DNA of 64,000 bases from positions 61,756 through 125,755 of IMG/VR virus record IMGVR_UViG_3300035001_000008; one strand, 5' to 3'. The position numbers and the translations under genes were made by a program. This document shows positions 63,806 to 64,000 of the stretch, in pieces. This DNA is from a virus. How positions within the stretch are numbered: position 1 is the first letter of the stretch; each line of letters begins with the position of its first letter. Below the pieces are notes generated by a model that was not told where the DNA came from, searched no databases, and worked only from the letters and a program-made list of their open reading frames with translations.

Positions 63806-64000
63806 ATGCTAACTAAGTTTTCAGTAGAACAAAGTGGCTTTGTTTTTTATAACGGCATTGATTTTAGGGTAGCTTTGCTATCCCATTTACAAAATAGAGG
63901 AAGTGTTATTAAAAAAGTAGAAGGTGATAAGTCTTTTATCTTTTTGACTGTGAATATTAATGGCTTGATGGATAGCAGTAATTGGATTGCTTGGGATTAA
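63806..64000 (+). CDS. hypothetical protein (~64 aa)
   Basis: ATG 63806, TAA at window end. Confidence 0.45.
   Translation: MLTKFSVEQSGFVFYNGIDFRVALLSHLQNRGSVIKKVEGDKSFIFLTVNINGLMDSSNWIAWD

Noticed and set aside
1-64000. tRNA, rRNA, integrase, att sites, IS transposases
   Set aside because: No T-loop/cloverleaf, recombinase or transposase motifs found by eye; a tRNAscan/HMM run is needed to exclude them formally

Overview
This AT-rich window is part of a large tailed-phage genome whose host is almost certainly a cyanobacterium. It encodes NblA, a cyanobacterial-type class II RNR and a cyanobacterial-style XRE regulator. Layout: (1-9.3 kb, minus) virion/tail-associated genes, a 1396-aa beta-helix tailspike/depolymerase and terminase large subunit. 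(10.4-38.7 kb) about 70 mostly small accessory genes in promoter-gene-terminator cassettes that share a conserved promoter/operator box; they include RNase H, an orphan ParB-like protein, a TerS candidate, an EAL c-di-GMP phosphodiesterase, nblA and a type IV pilin. (38.7-47.6 kb, mostly minus) a plasmid-like block: ParM-ParR with flanking repeat sites, a ~200-bp TTGGCA repeat array, two membrane proteins plus a membrane-anchored VirD4/HerA/FtsK-superfamily ATPase, a repressor-like protein with its own operator, and a predicted ~120-nt structured RNA. (47.6-64 kb) a replication and nucleotide-supply module: PolA with atypical active-site residues, primase-helicase, SNF2-like helicase, DNA MTase, resolvase, NrdJ, a PduO-like cobalamin adenosyltransferase, dUTPase, DnaN clamp and dNMP kinase. 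No integrase, tRNA, rRNA or CRISPR array was seen. The best reading is a cyanobacterial phage-plasmid, possibly able to move its DNA between cells. All assignments come from motif recognition by eye; no database searches were run.
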